This document shows, one piece after another, positions 32,500 to 41,890 of a stretch of DNA of 64,000 bases. The DNA is taken from positions 1 to 64,000 of IMG/VR virus record IMGVR_UViG_3300032308_001684, one strand, 5' to 3'. Origin of the DNA: a virus. The first letter of the stretch is position 1. Each line of letters starts with the position of its first letter. The notes under the pieces are model-generated. The model worked only from the letters and a program-made list of their open reading frames with translations, ran no database searches and was not told the DNA's origin. Made by a program: the position numbers and the translations under genes.

Positions 32500-32842
32500 C
32501 CGGGTACTTTAGGGTAAAAAGCGTGAGTTCTTGCTGGCTTTTTACGTAGATACGTAGATCGTTGTGGCCATTGGTCCAACTCCAGTTGATGTTTACTGCA
32601 TCAGGTTGGCTGGGCTCAGTGCCTGGATTACTGTACCTGTGGATCACAGAGAGATATTCTTTGATGTCAGCCCATTGGCGTATTTCGGCACTCCAGCCAT
32701 AGATGTCAAAAAAGTATTTCTGCGCTTCAGTAAAATGCATAGGGCCATTCCAGGCGCTCATGCGGTTAGAGAAGATTATCGCATATTCAAAATACTTGCG
32801 ATAACTCCAGCGTCCGTCCAGTTTGACTATTTTATATTTCAT
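32489..32842 (-). CDS. Hypothetical phage protein
   Basis: Coupled ORF ending 'FTLKY'. Confidence 0.6.
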   Translation of the reverse strand: MKYKIVKLDGRWSYRKYFEYAIIFSNRMSAWNGPMHFTEAQKYFFDIYGWSAEIRQWADIKEYLSVIHRYSNPGTEPSQPDAVNINWSWTNGHNDLRIYVKSQQELTLFTLKYPVDR

Positions 32843-33111
32843 CGTTGGTATTTAAGGCCAAAAATGATTGCATCATGCGGACTGGCAAAATAGAAATCTA
32901 ACTGCCAAACATTGGTCTCATGTTTACCCAGTGCAGGTGTTAGATAATGCCAACGATCACTGGGTCGACCAAAATCTTTGACCACAGCTCGAAGCATCGA
33001 TTGTACTTCATTGTGATTGTATGGTGCAAAAACCACCCGGATGGGTGGTGGGTAAGAAGAGTGGGTTGAGTCCGACATAGCCCTATGTCTCGTTTCCGAT
33101 AGTGGACTCAA
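32839..33111 (-). CDS. Hypothetical phage protein (likely start MSDSTH)
   Basis: ORF ending 'HDAIIFGLKY', like other small early proteins here. Confidence 0.55.
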   Translation of the reverse strand: MSPLSETRHRAMSDSTHSSYPPPIRVVFAPYNHNEVQSMLRAVVKDFGRPSDRWHYLTPALGKHETNVWQLDFYFASPHDAIIFGLKYQR

Positions 33112-33122
33112 CCCTGAACCAA

Positions 33123-34217
33123 TTAAGAGTTCTGACTTGCGCTGAGAATGTACTTGCCGTACCGCTGGTGAAACTCGTCAAAGTTCTTGAGTTTGGTAGG
33201 CTGGAACGGTAAGTTGTATGTGGTCAGTGCAATACGAGCACCCATCACAACCAACTCTGTTTCAAAATTGTCCATCATGTAGCGGAAGAAATTGTCCGAC
33301 ATGGCATGGAAGTCCTTGTCAGCAACCTTGCGTTCAATGGCACCCTTGAGCTCGTAGCACATGCTGATAACCAAACTGTACATGGCTGACACTTCTTTGA
33401 TCTGCAGATCCTTGACCTTGCCTGCTAGAATATCTTCAGGCTTGGGCATGCGACCAGCAATCTTGCGGTGTGCCATGAACTTCACTGCCAGACCTTCGCC
33501 CACAGCACCAGCAATCAAGTCAGTGTAAGTGGTTTCGTCCACATCTTCATCGGCTAACAATTCACTGACAAAGGTCCACGAACGTGGTGTGGCAAAACTA
33601 CGGCTTGCAGATTTTGCATCAAAGTCGTACAAATCTTGCTTGGCAAAACTCAAGTAACCAACCACGTCTTTGTGGATGTCATTGCTTACTGCCCACTCTT
33701 GCCACACAGGAAAGTCAACTCGCATTTCCAAGTGAACGAAACGGTTTGCCAGTGGAGTGGGCATACGATAGGTAACGCCTTTGTCACTCTCACGATTACC
33801 AGCCGCAACCATGACCACATTGTCAGGCAACATGTATTTGCCCACACGGCGATTCAGCACCAGCTGATAGGCCGCGGCCTGTACAGCAGGAGCCGCAGAG
33901 TTCATCTCGTCCAGGAACAATACTACCACAGGATACTGAGCAGCCGTTTCTGCATCGGGCAAGTCAATGGGAGGAGCCCAGTCCATGACATTCTTTTCTT
34001 TGTTATAGAAAGGAATACCGCGGATGTCTGTGGGGTCCATCTGTCCCAAACGCAGGTCGATCATGAGACCGCCAAGTTCGCGAGTGATGTCTGCCACAAC
34101 TTCTGATTTGCCAATACCGGGAGGGCCCCAGAGGAATAGTGGACGCTTTTTAGAAAAGCATTTTTTGATGGATTTGCGGGCACCAGTCGCGGTTACGGTG
34201 CGGTGTTCAAATGACAT
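33123..34217 (-). CDS. MoxR-like AAA+ ATPase
   Basis: GPPGIGKS Walker A, LFLDE Walker B, AGNR, LANRF, TPRSW. Confidence 0.9.
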   Translation of the reverse strand: MSFEHRTVTATGARKSIKKCFSKKRPLFLWGPPGIGKSEVVADITRELGGLMIDLRLGQMDPTDIRGIPFYNKEKNVMDWAPPIDLPDAETAAQYPVVVLFLDEMNSAAPAVQAAAYQLVLNRRVGKYMLPDNVVMVAAGNRESDKGVTYRMPTPLANRFVHLEMRVDFPVWQEWAVSNDIHKDVVGYLSFAKQDLYDFDAKSASRSFATPRSWTFVSELLADEDVDETTYTDLIAGAVGEGLAVKFMAHRKIAGRMPKPEDILAGKVKDLQIKEVSAMYSLVISMCYELKGAIERKVADKDFHAMSDNFFRYMMDNFETELVVMGARIALTTYNLPFQPTKLKNFDEFHQRYGKYILSASQNS

Positions 34218-34249
34218 AGGGCTTGGTCCTTGTTGTTGATGATTCTACT

Positions 34250-34278
34250 ATTGTATGTGAAGTTGATTTTTCAGTCAA
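34250..34278 (-). promoter_or_regulatory. Sigma70 promoter TTGACT-N17-TACAAT
   Basis: Read directly. Confidence 0.75.
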
Positions 34279-34280
34279 CC

Positions 34281-34532
34281 TTAGCTAAACTCGTAAAATT
34301 TAACTGTGGGATCTAGACTACGAAGTTCTTGCGCCGCGGCAGTGAGTTGACGGTAGCGAGCTTGTACTTGACTGCGAGGCAGTTCGCCATCGCAAGTGAG
34401 ATTTTCTGGTGAAAGATCGCTGTCGATCATGTTGGCAATGCGTTGATTGTCTTGACCAATGACCATGGGCTTGCCGCCAAAGATAGCGTTCCATTGATTC
34501 TTTTGATCTAGGTATTTTTGCAGTGATTTCAC
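34281..34532 (-). CDS. Hypothetical phage protein ('LSPENLTCDGEL')
   Basis: AGGAG RBS and its own promoter. Confidence 0.7.
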   Translation of the reverse strand: MKSLQKYLDQKNQWNAIFGGKPMVIGQDNQRIANMIDSDLSPENLTCDGELPRSQVQARYRQLTAAAQELRSLDPTVKFYEFS

Positions 34533-34564
34533 AGTAGGGCTCCTGTTTGTTTAACTTAGCCTAT

Positions 34565-34593
34565 AGTATAGCAAAATGGGTATTTCTGGTCAA
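34565..34593 (-). promoter_or_regulatory. Sigma70 promoter TTGACC-N17-TATACT
   Basis: Read directly; TG extended -10. Confidence 0.75.
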
Positions 34594-34598
34594 CCCCG

Positions 34599-34625
34599 TA
34601 AAAAACCCTGCATACAGCAGGGTTA
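34599..34625 (-). terminator. Intrinsic terminator after the PP-loop gene
   Basis: AACCCTGC-TGTAT-GCAGGGTT followed by a T run on the minus strand. Confidence 0.75.
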
Positions 34626-35834
34626 TTCTAGGTAATACTTTATTTGTAATCGTTTGATGCCTTGTTCTAAGCCGCCTCTGTGTTTGACCCACTCGTCAGG
34701 TAAAGCACTGTAAGTTTTTATATAACCGTTAAACCAATTCTTGGTTTCATTGGGAGCTTGTTTTTGCATCCATTTGTACGACGGGTGTATAAGTCGACCA
34801 CCTTGTTTGTCCTCGTGATAAGTCAAAAAATTCCAATCGGGATAAATGGTGCAGTTGATGGCATTTCGATCCAGCCACCACTTCTTGTCATTAAACCAAG
34901 TGTTGACATGCAGTGCTCTGGCAGTTTTGATATCGAATCCTCTAGGCCCAATTATAGGAACAGATTTGTCTTTTTCAAAATCAACAAAGATGTCTGTGCG
35001 ATAGCGTATCTGTGACAACGTTTTCAACAAAAGATGACATTGTTTTATCTTCAACTCAGGATGGTCGGGATCGTCATAGAACTGTTCGTGATGCACCAAC
35101 GGATCGGGATTTTCTTGATCTCTAGGCTGTGGAGCATGAGCATAATGATCTTCAAAATAAAAATAATGCTTCTGTGCATCAATATCGTAATCTATATGTG
35201 GCTTGGCTTCTCCCCAGACAAAGCAGATTTTTTTACCTTGTTGTCTAACCTTGTGCCATCTTTCAAATCGATTTTCTAAATCGTAGTGTACATGTATCTG
35301 TCCAAGATTATGAATGTTATTGCATTCTCGATATGAACGTTGTCGTAGATCTGAATCTTGAATACATGACAACATCAAATCACTTATGTCATTGACAGTG
35401 ACCAATGTTTCAGAATCCGCAGGTAGTTTTTGTTCTAGGTAAGGCAGTGCCGCTTGAAATATTTCGCTAGCCATGAATTGATCCTCACCACCCAGTCCTT
35501 TGGCCCAATGTTGTAGATATATTTCGTCAATGTGTATACCATTGTTAATAAAGCTATCCAGTACTGTGGTACTGTCTGCGCCACCACTGAACATGATAAC
35601 CACATAATCAAATTGATCTCTAATGGCCTGCGCTCGTTCGCGATACATTGTTCTGATATCTTTTTCTGGCTCTGCGGTCCAGTCTTGTTTAGAAAAAACT
35701 TCATTGTTAAAATTCCAGGCAACTTCTTGACCTGTGGCCATGCTGTGTTTGATAGCATCTAGTTTGCTATAGAACTTTTCTTCGCCTACTTCAAAGAATC
35801 CATGTTTGTTTAAGTGACTGTTGGTGTGAAACAT
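34623..35834 (-). CDS. PP-loop (adenine nucleotide alpha-hydrolase) protein
   Basis: 'IMFSGGADS' PP-loop; paralogue of 52667..53851. Confidence 0.75.
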   Translation of the reverse strand: MFHTNSHLNKHGFFEVGEEKFYSKLDAIKHSMATGQEVAWNFNNEVFSKQDWTAEPEKDIRTMYRERAQAIRDQFDYVVIMFSGGADSTTVLDSFINNGIHIDEIYLQHWAKGLGGEDQFMASEIFQAALPYLEQKLPADSETLVTVNDISDLMLSCIQDSDLRQRSYRECNNIHNLGQIHVHYDLENRFERWHKVRQQGKKICFVWGEAKPHIDYDIDAQKHYFYFEDHYAHAPQPRDQENPDPLVHHEQFYDDPDHPELKIKQCHLLLKTLSQIRYRTDIFVDFEKDKSVPIIGPRGFDIKTARALHVNTWFNDKKWWLDRNAINCTIYPDWNFLTYHEDKQGGRLIHPSYKWMQKQAPNETKNWFNGYIKTYSALPDEWVKHRGGLEQGIKRLQIKYYLE

Positions 35835-35835
35835 A

Positions 35836-36747
35836 TCAGTATTTTAAAAAGGCTACCAAGCCGACACGATGCTGATCAGTGGTTTTTTTAACTCCGTGAA
35901 AAGTTGCAGGGGTCATGCACTGTGCTTGATCACAGTAATCAAATCCAGGAAACAATATGATTTGTTTGCGCTGGTCAAACAAAGAATCTATGGGACGAGC
36001 AGGTTCTTCATGCTCCTGGCCCAAATCAATAAATCCCCCAGGTTGATTTTCAAACACCCATGCAGTGAGTATGCTGTTGTCAGCGTGACGGTTGACCAGT
36101 GAATCATCAACAAAAACACTTCCTGGTGGATTGTGATTGAGTCTGAACATGAGATTAGACCTCAGAATATTAGCACTCATGCCTATCTTGCTTGCCACAG
36201 GCTCTAATATATCAACTAACTGATCAAACAGTTTTTGAAACTCTGTGTATAGTGTTTGATGTGCTGGTCCAGGCGCCGCCGGCATTTCTTGGCCAAATTG
36301 ATACCAGTGTCTTTTTACCGAATCAAAATATCCATGATCACGATCGTGAAACTTGTAACTGTAACGATGACTAAACTTTGGCAGACTTTGATATAACTCA
36401 AGATACATGTTGATCAACTGACTGGCGTCAAATGCCCAGGGTTTGGGAACAACTGCATATCCATTTTTAAACACAGGATCAGCTGAGTTATACAGAGTTG
36501 CAGATGAGTCGACGATCACTGTGGAGTAGTGTTTTTCGATGATGTGCTTGACAGCTACACTACGGCTAACAGGCTCACCGTTGTTGACCAAGCACACAGA
36601 GTGATCTGTTGGAATCTTGTCTAAAAACTCTGACAGATATTTCTGTGTGCCATGGCTGTATTGATTGTAACTATTTCCAAAGTAAGGCAAATGCAAATCA
36701 TAGTTTGAATGCATTGGCCTTGGATGAACATTGACTCGTGTGGTCAC
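35836..36747 (-). CDS. 2-oxoglutarate/Fe(II) oxygenase-like protein
   Basis: 'RHADNSILT...TFHGV...HRVGLVAF' (HxD..H..R). Confidence 0.65.
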   Translation of the reverse strand: MTTRVNVHPRPMHSNYDLHLPYFGNSYNQYSHGTQKYLSEFLDKIPTDHSVCLVNNGEPVSRSVAVKHIIEKHYSTVIVDSSATLYNSADPVFKNGYAVVPKPWAFDASQLINMYLELYQSLPKFSHRYSYKFHDRDHGYFDSVKRHWYQFGQEMPAAPGPAHQTLYTEFQKLFDQLVDILEPVASKIGMSANILRSNLMFRLNHNPPGSVFVDDSLVNRHADNSILTAWVFENQPGGFIDLGQEHEEPARPIDSLFDQRKQIILFPGFDYCDQAQCMTPATFHGVKKTTDQHRVGLVAFLKY

Positions 36748-36748
36748 T

Positions 36749-37645
36749 TTATTTTTTGAAGGACTTGAAATAGTCTTCTACCAGCTTGAACTGTTGTGCA
36801 GGAGTTGCCCCAGCTGGCACACCACGTTTGTCTGCACCTGTGGCAAAGTGTTGCACAAATACTGGGTTTTTGTCGATGACATTGGTGATGATAGGACGAA
36901 TTTTATCAGTGTCAACGTTTAATCCAACTGCCACACCCATGTACCCGGCACCGGCCACAGAGCTATTTTTGCGAAAATCGTCAATGCTGATTTGATTGTT
37001 GCGGGCGGCCTTGCCAATGCCAGCTGTGGTAAAGAAACATGTGCCACCAGCTTGCACCACAGATGCCGCGTTGGAGAACTGTCCAACAAAATCAACTTCT
37101 TTGGAAATCAAGGCCTGCATGAGTGCAGGGTTTCCTTTGTATTTGACCACTTGGATATTTTTGTTGACATCGGCCACGATCTGTTCTGCAATGGAGCCAT
37201 TGATGTCAGGCGCGGCAGTGATGCCCAATTTGCCCTTGCCACTCTTCCATTGATCCATGGCGTCACGCACAGGTTTCATGCTACAGGCCTGAAACTGACT
37301 TTGATAGGTAATGACCAACACTGTTTTTTCTGTCAGTGGCACAGTGCATGCGCCAGGATGACCTGGTTCAATCATGCCCAAAGCCTGATTGCCAAGTAGA
37401 TATTCAAACACAGCAGGCTTGTCGGAGTTGGACTTGATCCAGTTTTCCAGTCCTTTACAGTTGTCAAATCTAACTAAATTAGTTTTGTATCCATTTTTTT
37501 CCAACTCATCCTTGAAGGCCAAGTTGATTCTATCTGTCAGCCCACCTGGCGGCAAGCTAACAATTACATTGATTGGCTCCTGCGCCATCACAGTCATTGC
37601 CATTACGGACAATAGTCCAGTTAAAAAAAGTTTAAGTGCTTTCAT
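36749..37645 (-). CDS. Divergent TctC/Bug-like periplasmic binding protein
   Basis: Signal peptide, 'VSLPPGGLTD', 'VKYKGNP.LMQALISKEVD'. Confidence 0.7.
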   Translation of the reverse strand: MKALKLFLTGLLSVMAMTVMAQEPINVIVSLPPGGLTDRINLAFKDELEKNGYKTNLVRFDNCKGLENWIKSNSDKPAVFEYLLGNQALGMIEPGHPGACTVPLTEKTVLVITYQSQFQACSMKPVRDAMDQWKSGKGKLGITAAPDINGSIAEQIVADVNKNIQVVKYKGNPALMQALISKEVDFVGQFSNAASVVQAGGTCFFTTAGIGKAARNNQISIDDFRKNSSVAGAGYMGVAVGLNVDTDKIRPIITNVIDKNPVFVQHFATGADKRGVPAGATPAQQFKLVEDYFKSFKK

Positions 37646-37653
37646 TTTTTTCC

Positions 37654-38967
37654 TTAAAAGTAAAGTTGTATCAAGTTGTAAACCACGGATTGCATACTGG
37701 CTCCTAAAACAAATACAAACACCATGGGCATGACGTCTTTGTTACGCAGAGCAAATCCCACAATCAAGCTCACAATTAGGGTTGATAGATACAGCAGTAG
37801 TTTCTGTGAGGACCATGCTTCCACACCCAAACTTAAAACTATCACAGCTATCAACATCCATATAAATCTCTTATCCAAGAGTTTTTGTGCCACGGTTCGA
37901 CCCAGGGTAGCCAAGGGCCAAGACAGTGTCAGTCCCACAGCACAAGCTGCCATGAACCATGACGCTAGTATAACATAATTATTGATCAAGAACGACCCCA
38001 GTGTAAAAATTGCACCAGAATCAATCATGAGATCATAGATAATGGCTTCGCTGGCAATGATAGGAATACCAAACAACAACAGTGGAATCAGCACACTCAT
38101 GGATCCGGCATTGCTGGCTGTTTCACTAGCCACAACAGCGGCTAGATTGGGGTTTTGTTTGCTGGGACGGTGTTTCTGCAACCATTTTTCAGATGTGTAT
38201 GCGGCACTGCTACCCATGATGTAACTCATTCCAGGCACCAGGCCTAGAACGTAACCTATCACAGAACCTCTGATCATTGGGCCGACATACTGTTTGTGAT
38301 GATCCACAGTGCGTATTTCATTGTTGGATGGTTTGATTTCTAAGTTTCTCAACAGTTGAGGTATGACATAGATGCCGATTAGAAATGGCAACAAGGGTAG
38401 GCCACTGTACAAGTCTGCCCATCCGCCGGTAAAGTAAATTTTTTGAGTGTAGTAGTTATAGCCCACAGCACTGAGCGCAAATCCTGTCAGCATAAATGCA
38501 GTGTTTTCCCACCAGCGATTGGCGCCTGACAGTGCAATACAGATCACTGTGACAGTGTAAAAAACTATCTGCCAACGGCTGGCAAAGATTTCTGGAAACG
38601 ACAACAACCAGCTGACAATAAAATAACTGGCACCCAGCGCAATCACACTGCCCAACATTCTGCCCAGAGCAGTGAGTTGGATGGCATGTTGGGTAAGACC
38701 GGCCTGTGCTAGATTACTGCTTTCCTTGCTGGCCGGTATGGCGCTGACTTCGCCCGGTACCCCAAAATACAAACTGGGGATGATGTCAACAAAGTTTGAT
38801 ATGGTAATATAAGCCACATAGAAGATCATGAGATGCAGTGGGTTCCATCCCACCATCCATGTGTACAAGATGGCCAATAGATGTGCAGGCCCCAGCCCAG
38901 GCACAATGCCAGTGGCCACTCCAGCCAGACAACCGGCAACAAATATAGATATAGTAATCAGATCCAT
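37654..38967 (-). CDS. Tripartite tricarboxylate transporter TctA-family permease
   Basis: Two 'G.VPG' repeats, 'VVASETASNA...LIPLLLFGIP', many TM segments; start placed at MDLITIS. Confidence 0.85.
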   Translation of the reverse strand: MDLITISIFVAGCLAGVATGIVPGLGPAHLLAILYTWMVGWNPLHLMIFYVAYITISNFVDIIPSLYFGVPGEVSAIPASKESSNLAQAGLTQHAIQLTALGRMLGSVIALGASYFIVSWLLSFPEIFASRWQIVFYTVTVICIALSGANRWWENTAFMLTGFALSAVGYNYYTQKIYFTGGWADLYSGLPLLPFLIGIYVIPQLLRNLEIKPSNNEIRTVDHHKQYVGPMIRGSVIGYVLGLVPGMSYIMGSSAAYTSEKWLQKHRPSKQNPNLAAVVASETASNAGSMSVLIPLLLFGIPIIASEAIIYDLMIDSGAIFTLGSFLINNYVILASWFMAACAVGLTLSWPLATLGRTVAQKLLDKRFIWMLIAVIVLSLGVEAWSSQKLLLYLSTLIVSLIVGFALRNKDVMPMVFVFVLGASMQSVVYNLIQLYF

Positions 38968-38982
38968 AAAACTTATATATAG

Positions 38983-39009
38983 GAACAGGTGCACAAGGCA
39001 CCTGTTTTT
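38983..39009. terminator. Hairpin between porin and tctA
   Basis: AACAGGTGC-ACAAG-GCACCTGTT. Confidence 0.55.
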
Positions 39010-39028
39010 GTCATTCTAAAAATTCAAA

Positions 39029-40177
39029 TTAGAATGTGTGTGTGATACCTACACCATACGCTGTTTGCTTGCCACCTGCATTTACTACAGATTGATACTG
39101 GCTGGAGCTCAAACTATTAACGTTTGCACCACCACCACCGTAGGCAGCAAATCCAGCTGTACCGTTGTTGTCTTGCTGAGAAACAAGAGCGTAAATTTTG
39201 GTACGCTTGCTCAAGTCCTTTTCAACGCCAGTGCTCCACATCTTGCTTTGGTTGGCAGTTGTGACTTTATCGTTGAACTGATAGTGACCCAAGAACACAG
39301 CGGTATCAGATGTTACTTGATAACGAGTGCTGAGCTGTTTGAGATCAAACTCGGAATTGGCCTGTCCTGAGATTGAAGGATTTTCAATCTGTGTGTAACC
39401 ACCGCGCACGATCCAACGATCAGTGATACGATAGCCGCCGCCCAGGAACTGATACTGGCCAGTTTTTACACCTGTGGCGCTCTTGACTTCGTAGTAACCT
39501 GCTGTGGCAATATACGGGCCTTTATCATACAAAGCACCAATGCCAATGCGCTGACCGTAGTCCATGTCGCCGGCTGTGTTACCAAAACCATACATGGTAC
39601 GCACAGTGAGACCGTTCCAGTTGGGTGATTGCCAAGAAGCAATGTTAGAACCATATGTTCCACCGGTCATTGCGCTGACACCAGTTTTGGCAGTGGCAGT
39701 GCCGTTGAAGGTAGAACCATCGGCAAAGTACACCAATGAGCTACCAAATCCCATGCCACCACGAACGTCCTGCGCATTGAAATATTGATAGATTGGCATG
39801 ACCTGACGACCCAGGCGCAGTGTACCTAGATCTTTGTTGGCCAAAAACACATTGGATTCACGAGCAAATACACCATTGGCAGCGCCTGTACCAGAGCTGA
39901 CACCTTGTGTACCATCAGCTGGATTGATTTGGCTTTCAAGCAAGAAACCTGCTGAGTTGCCGCCACCAAGATCTTCTGTGCCACGGAATCCTAAGAAACT
40001 GGTAGAAATAGGTGAGCTGGTGATGTGTGTAAGACTTTGCTTGTTTGTTCCCACGTTGTTGGCATTGATGACTCCTAAATCAAGTCGACCAAATACTTGA
40101 ACATTGGATGATTGTGCTAGGGCAGAGCCTGCAACGGCCGTTGCCATGGCACCTGCGATAACGAGTTTTTTAAACAT
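39029..40177 (-). CDS. Gram-negative trimeric porin (Burkholderiales/Neisseria type)
   Basis: Signal peptide, 'AQSSNVQVFGRLD', 'LGFRGTEDLGGG', 'LSKRT', C-terminal 'GITHTF'. Confidence 0.92.
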   Translation of the reverse strand: MFKKLVIAGAMATAVAGSALAQSSNVQVFGRLDLGVINANNVGTNKQSLTHITSSPISTSFLGFRGTEDLGGGNSAGFLLESQINPADGTQGVSSGTGAANGVFARESNVFLANKDLGTLRLGRQVMPIYQYFNAQDVRGGMGFGSSLVYFADGSTFNGTATAKTGVSAMTGGTYGSNIASWQSPNWNGLTVRTMYGFGNTAGDMDYGQRIGIGALYDKGPYIATAGYYEVKSATGVKTGQYQFLGGGYRITDRWIVRGGYTQIENPSISGQANSEFDLKQLSTRYQVTSDTAVFLGHYQFNDKVTTANQSKMWSTGVEKDLSKRTKIYALVSQQDNNGTAGFAAYGGGGANVNSLSSSQYQSVVNAGGKQTAYGVGITHTF

Positions 40178-40219
40178 TAAATTTTCCTTTCGAAAGTTGT
40201 TAAAATTACTACCAAAGTA

Positions 40220-40248
40220 ATTCTAACAGATTACTTACCAGGAGTCAA
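40220..40248 (-). promoter_or_regulatory. Sigma70 promoter TTGACT-N17-TAGAAT for the porin, flanked by inverted repeats
   Basis: Read directly; IRs at 40202-40214 and 40253-40265. Confidence 0.7.
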
Positions 40249-40276
40249 GCACTGGCAGTAATTTTTCTTTAGGAAA

Positions 40277-40849
40277 TTAGCCAAAGGTAAACAGCACACT
40301 TTCTCTGCTGAGTCCTGGCGCTATACGGCGTGTTCCGTGGGCTTTTTTAATGGTATTGTCATTGACGTAGCCTGCGTTGGGTGCATAAGGACTTTCTACA
40401 ATGTCCAACCCAGACATATCTACAATGGAGTCCACTCCGTGCTGGGAAAATAAACTAGGGTTTTTATCACCCACATACCACTGTGTGCCCATGTTGGGCT
40501 GAGCAATGTCACCACAGTAGACTTGTAGCAATACCCGATAGTTGTTGTTGTCAAAGTGCCAGGTCAGTTGATGTCCTGGGAGATCAATGAATATTTCTTG
40601 ATTGAGTGGGCGCAGTTGATGCCCTGTGAGTTCGCTGACAGCGAGATTGATGTCCATGGCTACATCTTGGAGATAGCTGTAGTCTGGATTGTTTGGCAGG
40701 CTCATGAGCCTGTTGGGCACAAGACATTGCCATCCTGTCACAGTTTCTCGATAACATTGACGTATCTCCCGATAGGTCTGATTATCAAAAACTTGAGATA
40801 GATACCAAAGTCCTGGACCCAAGGTCTGAGCAGTTTCTGTGTGTAGCAT
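40277..40849 (-). CDS. 2OG-Fe(II) oxygenase-like protein
   Basis: 'WHFDN...LQVY...AHG...RES'. Confidence 0.6.
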   Translation of the reverse strand: MLHTETAQTLGPGLWYLSQVFDNQTYREIRQCYRETVTGWQCLVPNRLMSLPNNPDYSYLQDVAMDINLAVSELTGHQLRPLNQEIFIDLPGHQLTWHFDNNNYRVLLQVYCGDIAQPNMGTQWYVGDKNPSLFSQHGVDSIVDMSGLDIVESPYAPNAGYVNDNTIKKAHGTRRIAPGLSRESVLFTFG

Positions 40850-40853
40850 GCCT

Positions 40854-41087
40854 TTATTTAATACGGCCTGCTAGTCTTTCTACTATAAATGTTTCTTTGG
40901 CAAGATACTCGTATTCGTCTATTGGATCTCCAGGCCCTGTGATAAAGATGTTGCCGCGATAACACCATTCCCACCATATTCTACGATGAGTAAGTTCACA
41001 ACGTCGAGGCCATATAACAAATACAAGATCCCATTTGATTACTCGATTGTACAGAGCCCAATGGTCGTCCATGCCGGGTATGGGCAA
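40854..41087 (-). CDS. Hypothetical phage protein
   Basis: ORF track; fits the gene spacing. Confidence 0.5.
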   Translation of the reverse strand: MPIPGMDDHWALYNRVIKWDLVFVIWPRRCELTHRRIWWEWCYRGNIFITGPGDPIDEYEYLAKETFIVERLAGRIK

Positions 41088-41246
41088 TTACTTGCGATCG
41101 CCTTTGGGTTGACGTACTTGCTGTTGGCTGGCCAGTTCAGCCTGCACAGTGCCTCTCTTGATTTCGCCTCGTTTGTGAGTATCAACGATTGTTGCTAGAT
41201 ATCGTTTGCTTTGTTTAGACATTTTGAAGTTTGAGCCCGATTTCAT
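41088..41246 (-). CDS. 52-aa basic protein MKSGSNFKMSKQSKRYLATIVDTHKRGEIKRG...
   Basis: Translated by hand; AAGGA RBS. Confidence 0.6.
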   Translation of the reverse strand: MKSGSNFKMSKQSKRYLATIVDTHKRGEIKRGTVQAELASQQQVRQPKGDRK

Positions 41247-41265
41247 GATTTTCCTTTACGGTAGT

Positions 41266-41339
41266 TGGTGCCCCTTGACAGAATCGAACTGCCAATTGAT
41301 GATTACAAATCAACTGTTATACCATTTAACTAAAAGGGC
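41266..41339 (-). tRNA. tRNA-Thr(TGT)
   Basis: Cloverleaf, TTCGA T-loop, encoded CCA. Confidence 0.9.
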
Positions 41340-41345
41340 TGTGTG

Positions 41346-41540
41346 TTATTCTGACGCTGGTTGTTCTTGAATTGGTGCCACATATCCAAAGTGAGTGAGC
41401 CTACGACTAATTTTGGCTTTGATTTTTTTCTTTTGTGTACGATCTAGCTCGGCGACAAGTTGCTTGACGCTCATGCTAACAATCTTGGCCACACCTGCTT
41501 TGGTAAATCCGGGTTTTTTACGATTAAGTTTTTTTGACAT
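41346..41540 (-). CDS. Small basic hypothetical protein
   Basis: GAGGA RBS; upstream TTGCAT-N17-TATAAT promoter. Confidence 0.6.
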   Translation of the reverse strand: MSKKLNRKKPGFTKAGVAKIVSMSVKQLVAELDRTQKKKIKAKISRRLTHFGYVAPIQEQPASE

Positions 41541-41600
41541 ATTATCCTCGCTCTAAGCAGTAATTATATACTACTACAGACAGAGATGCAACCATTGATA

Positions 41601-41728
41601 TTGCCGGTTACCCAGTCCGGCGCAGTCTTGTGGTATCTGCGGCTCTTGTTACCTCGCGGTAATCGTCACCCAATCATTTCGCTATCAGCACTTATTGACG
41701 TTGGCCGAGTGAGCGAGGCTGATTGCCA
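41601..41728 (-). ncRNA. Candidate structured RNA with four hairpins
   Basis: TTACC-GCGA-GGTAA, GCAG..CTGC, GCCGG..CCGGC, CAATCA..TGATTG in an intergenic gap. Confidence 0.35.
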
Positions 41729-41730
41729 CC

Positions 41731-41880
41731 TTAGCTGGGAATTATATGTGGAATGTAAGGAACATTCCTGGGGCCATGCCGCTGTTCCAGCAGTTGCCGT
41801 GCTTCTTGTAAATCCTTGGCATATACACGATCTTTCTTATCGCCTTGGGGTGTTCTCACAGTTGCTTCATACATTGGCAT
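41731..41880 (-). CDS. 49-aa protein MPMYEATVRTPQGDKKDRVYAKDLQEARQLLEQRHGPRNVPYIPHIIPS
   Basis: Translated by hand; AAGGAG RBS. Confidence 0.7.
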   Translation of the reverse strand: MPMYEATVRTPQGDKKDRVYAKDLQEARQLLEQRHGPRNVPYIPHIIPS

Positions 41881-41890
41881 TGCATGCTCC

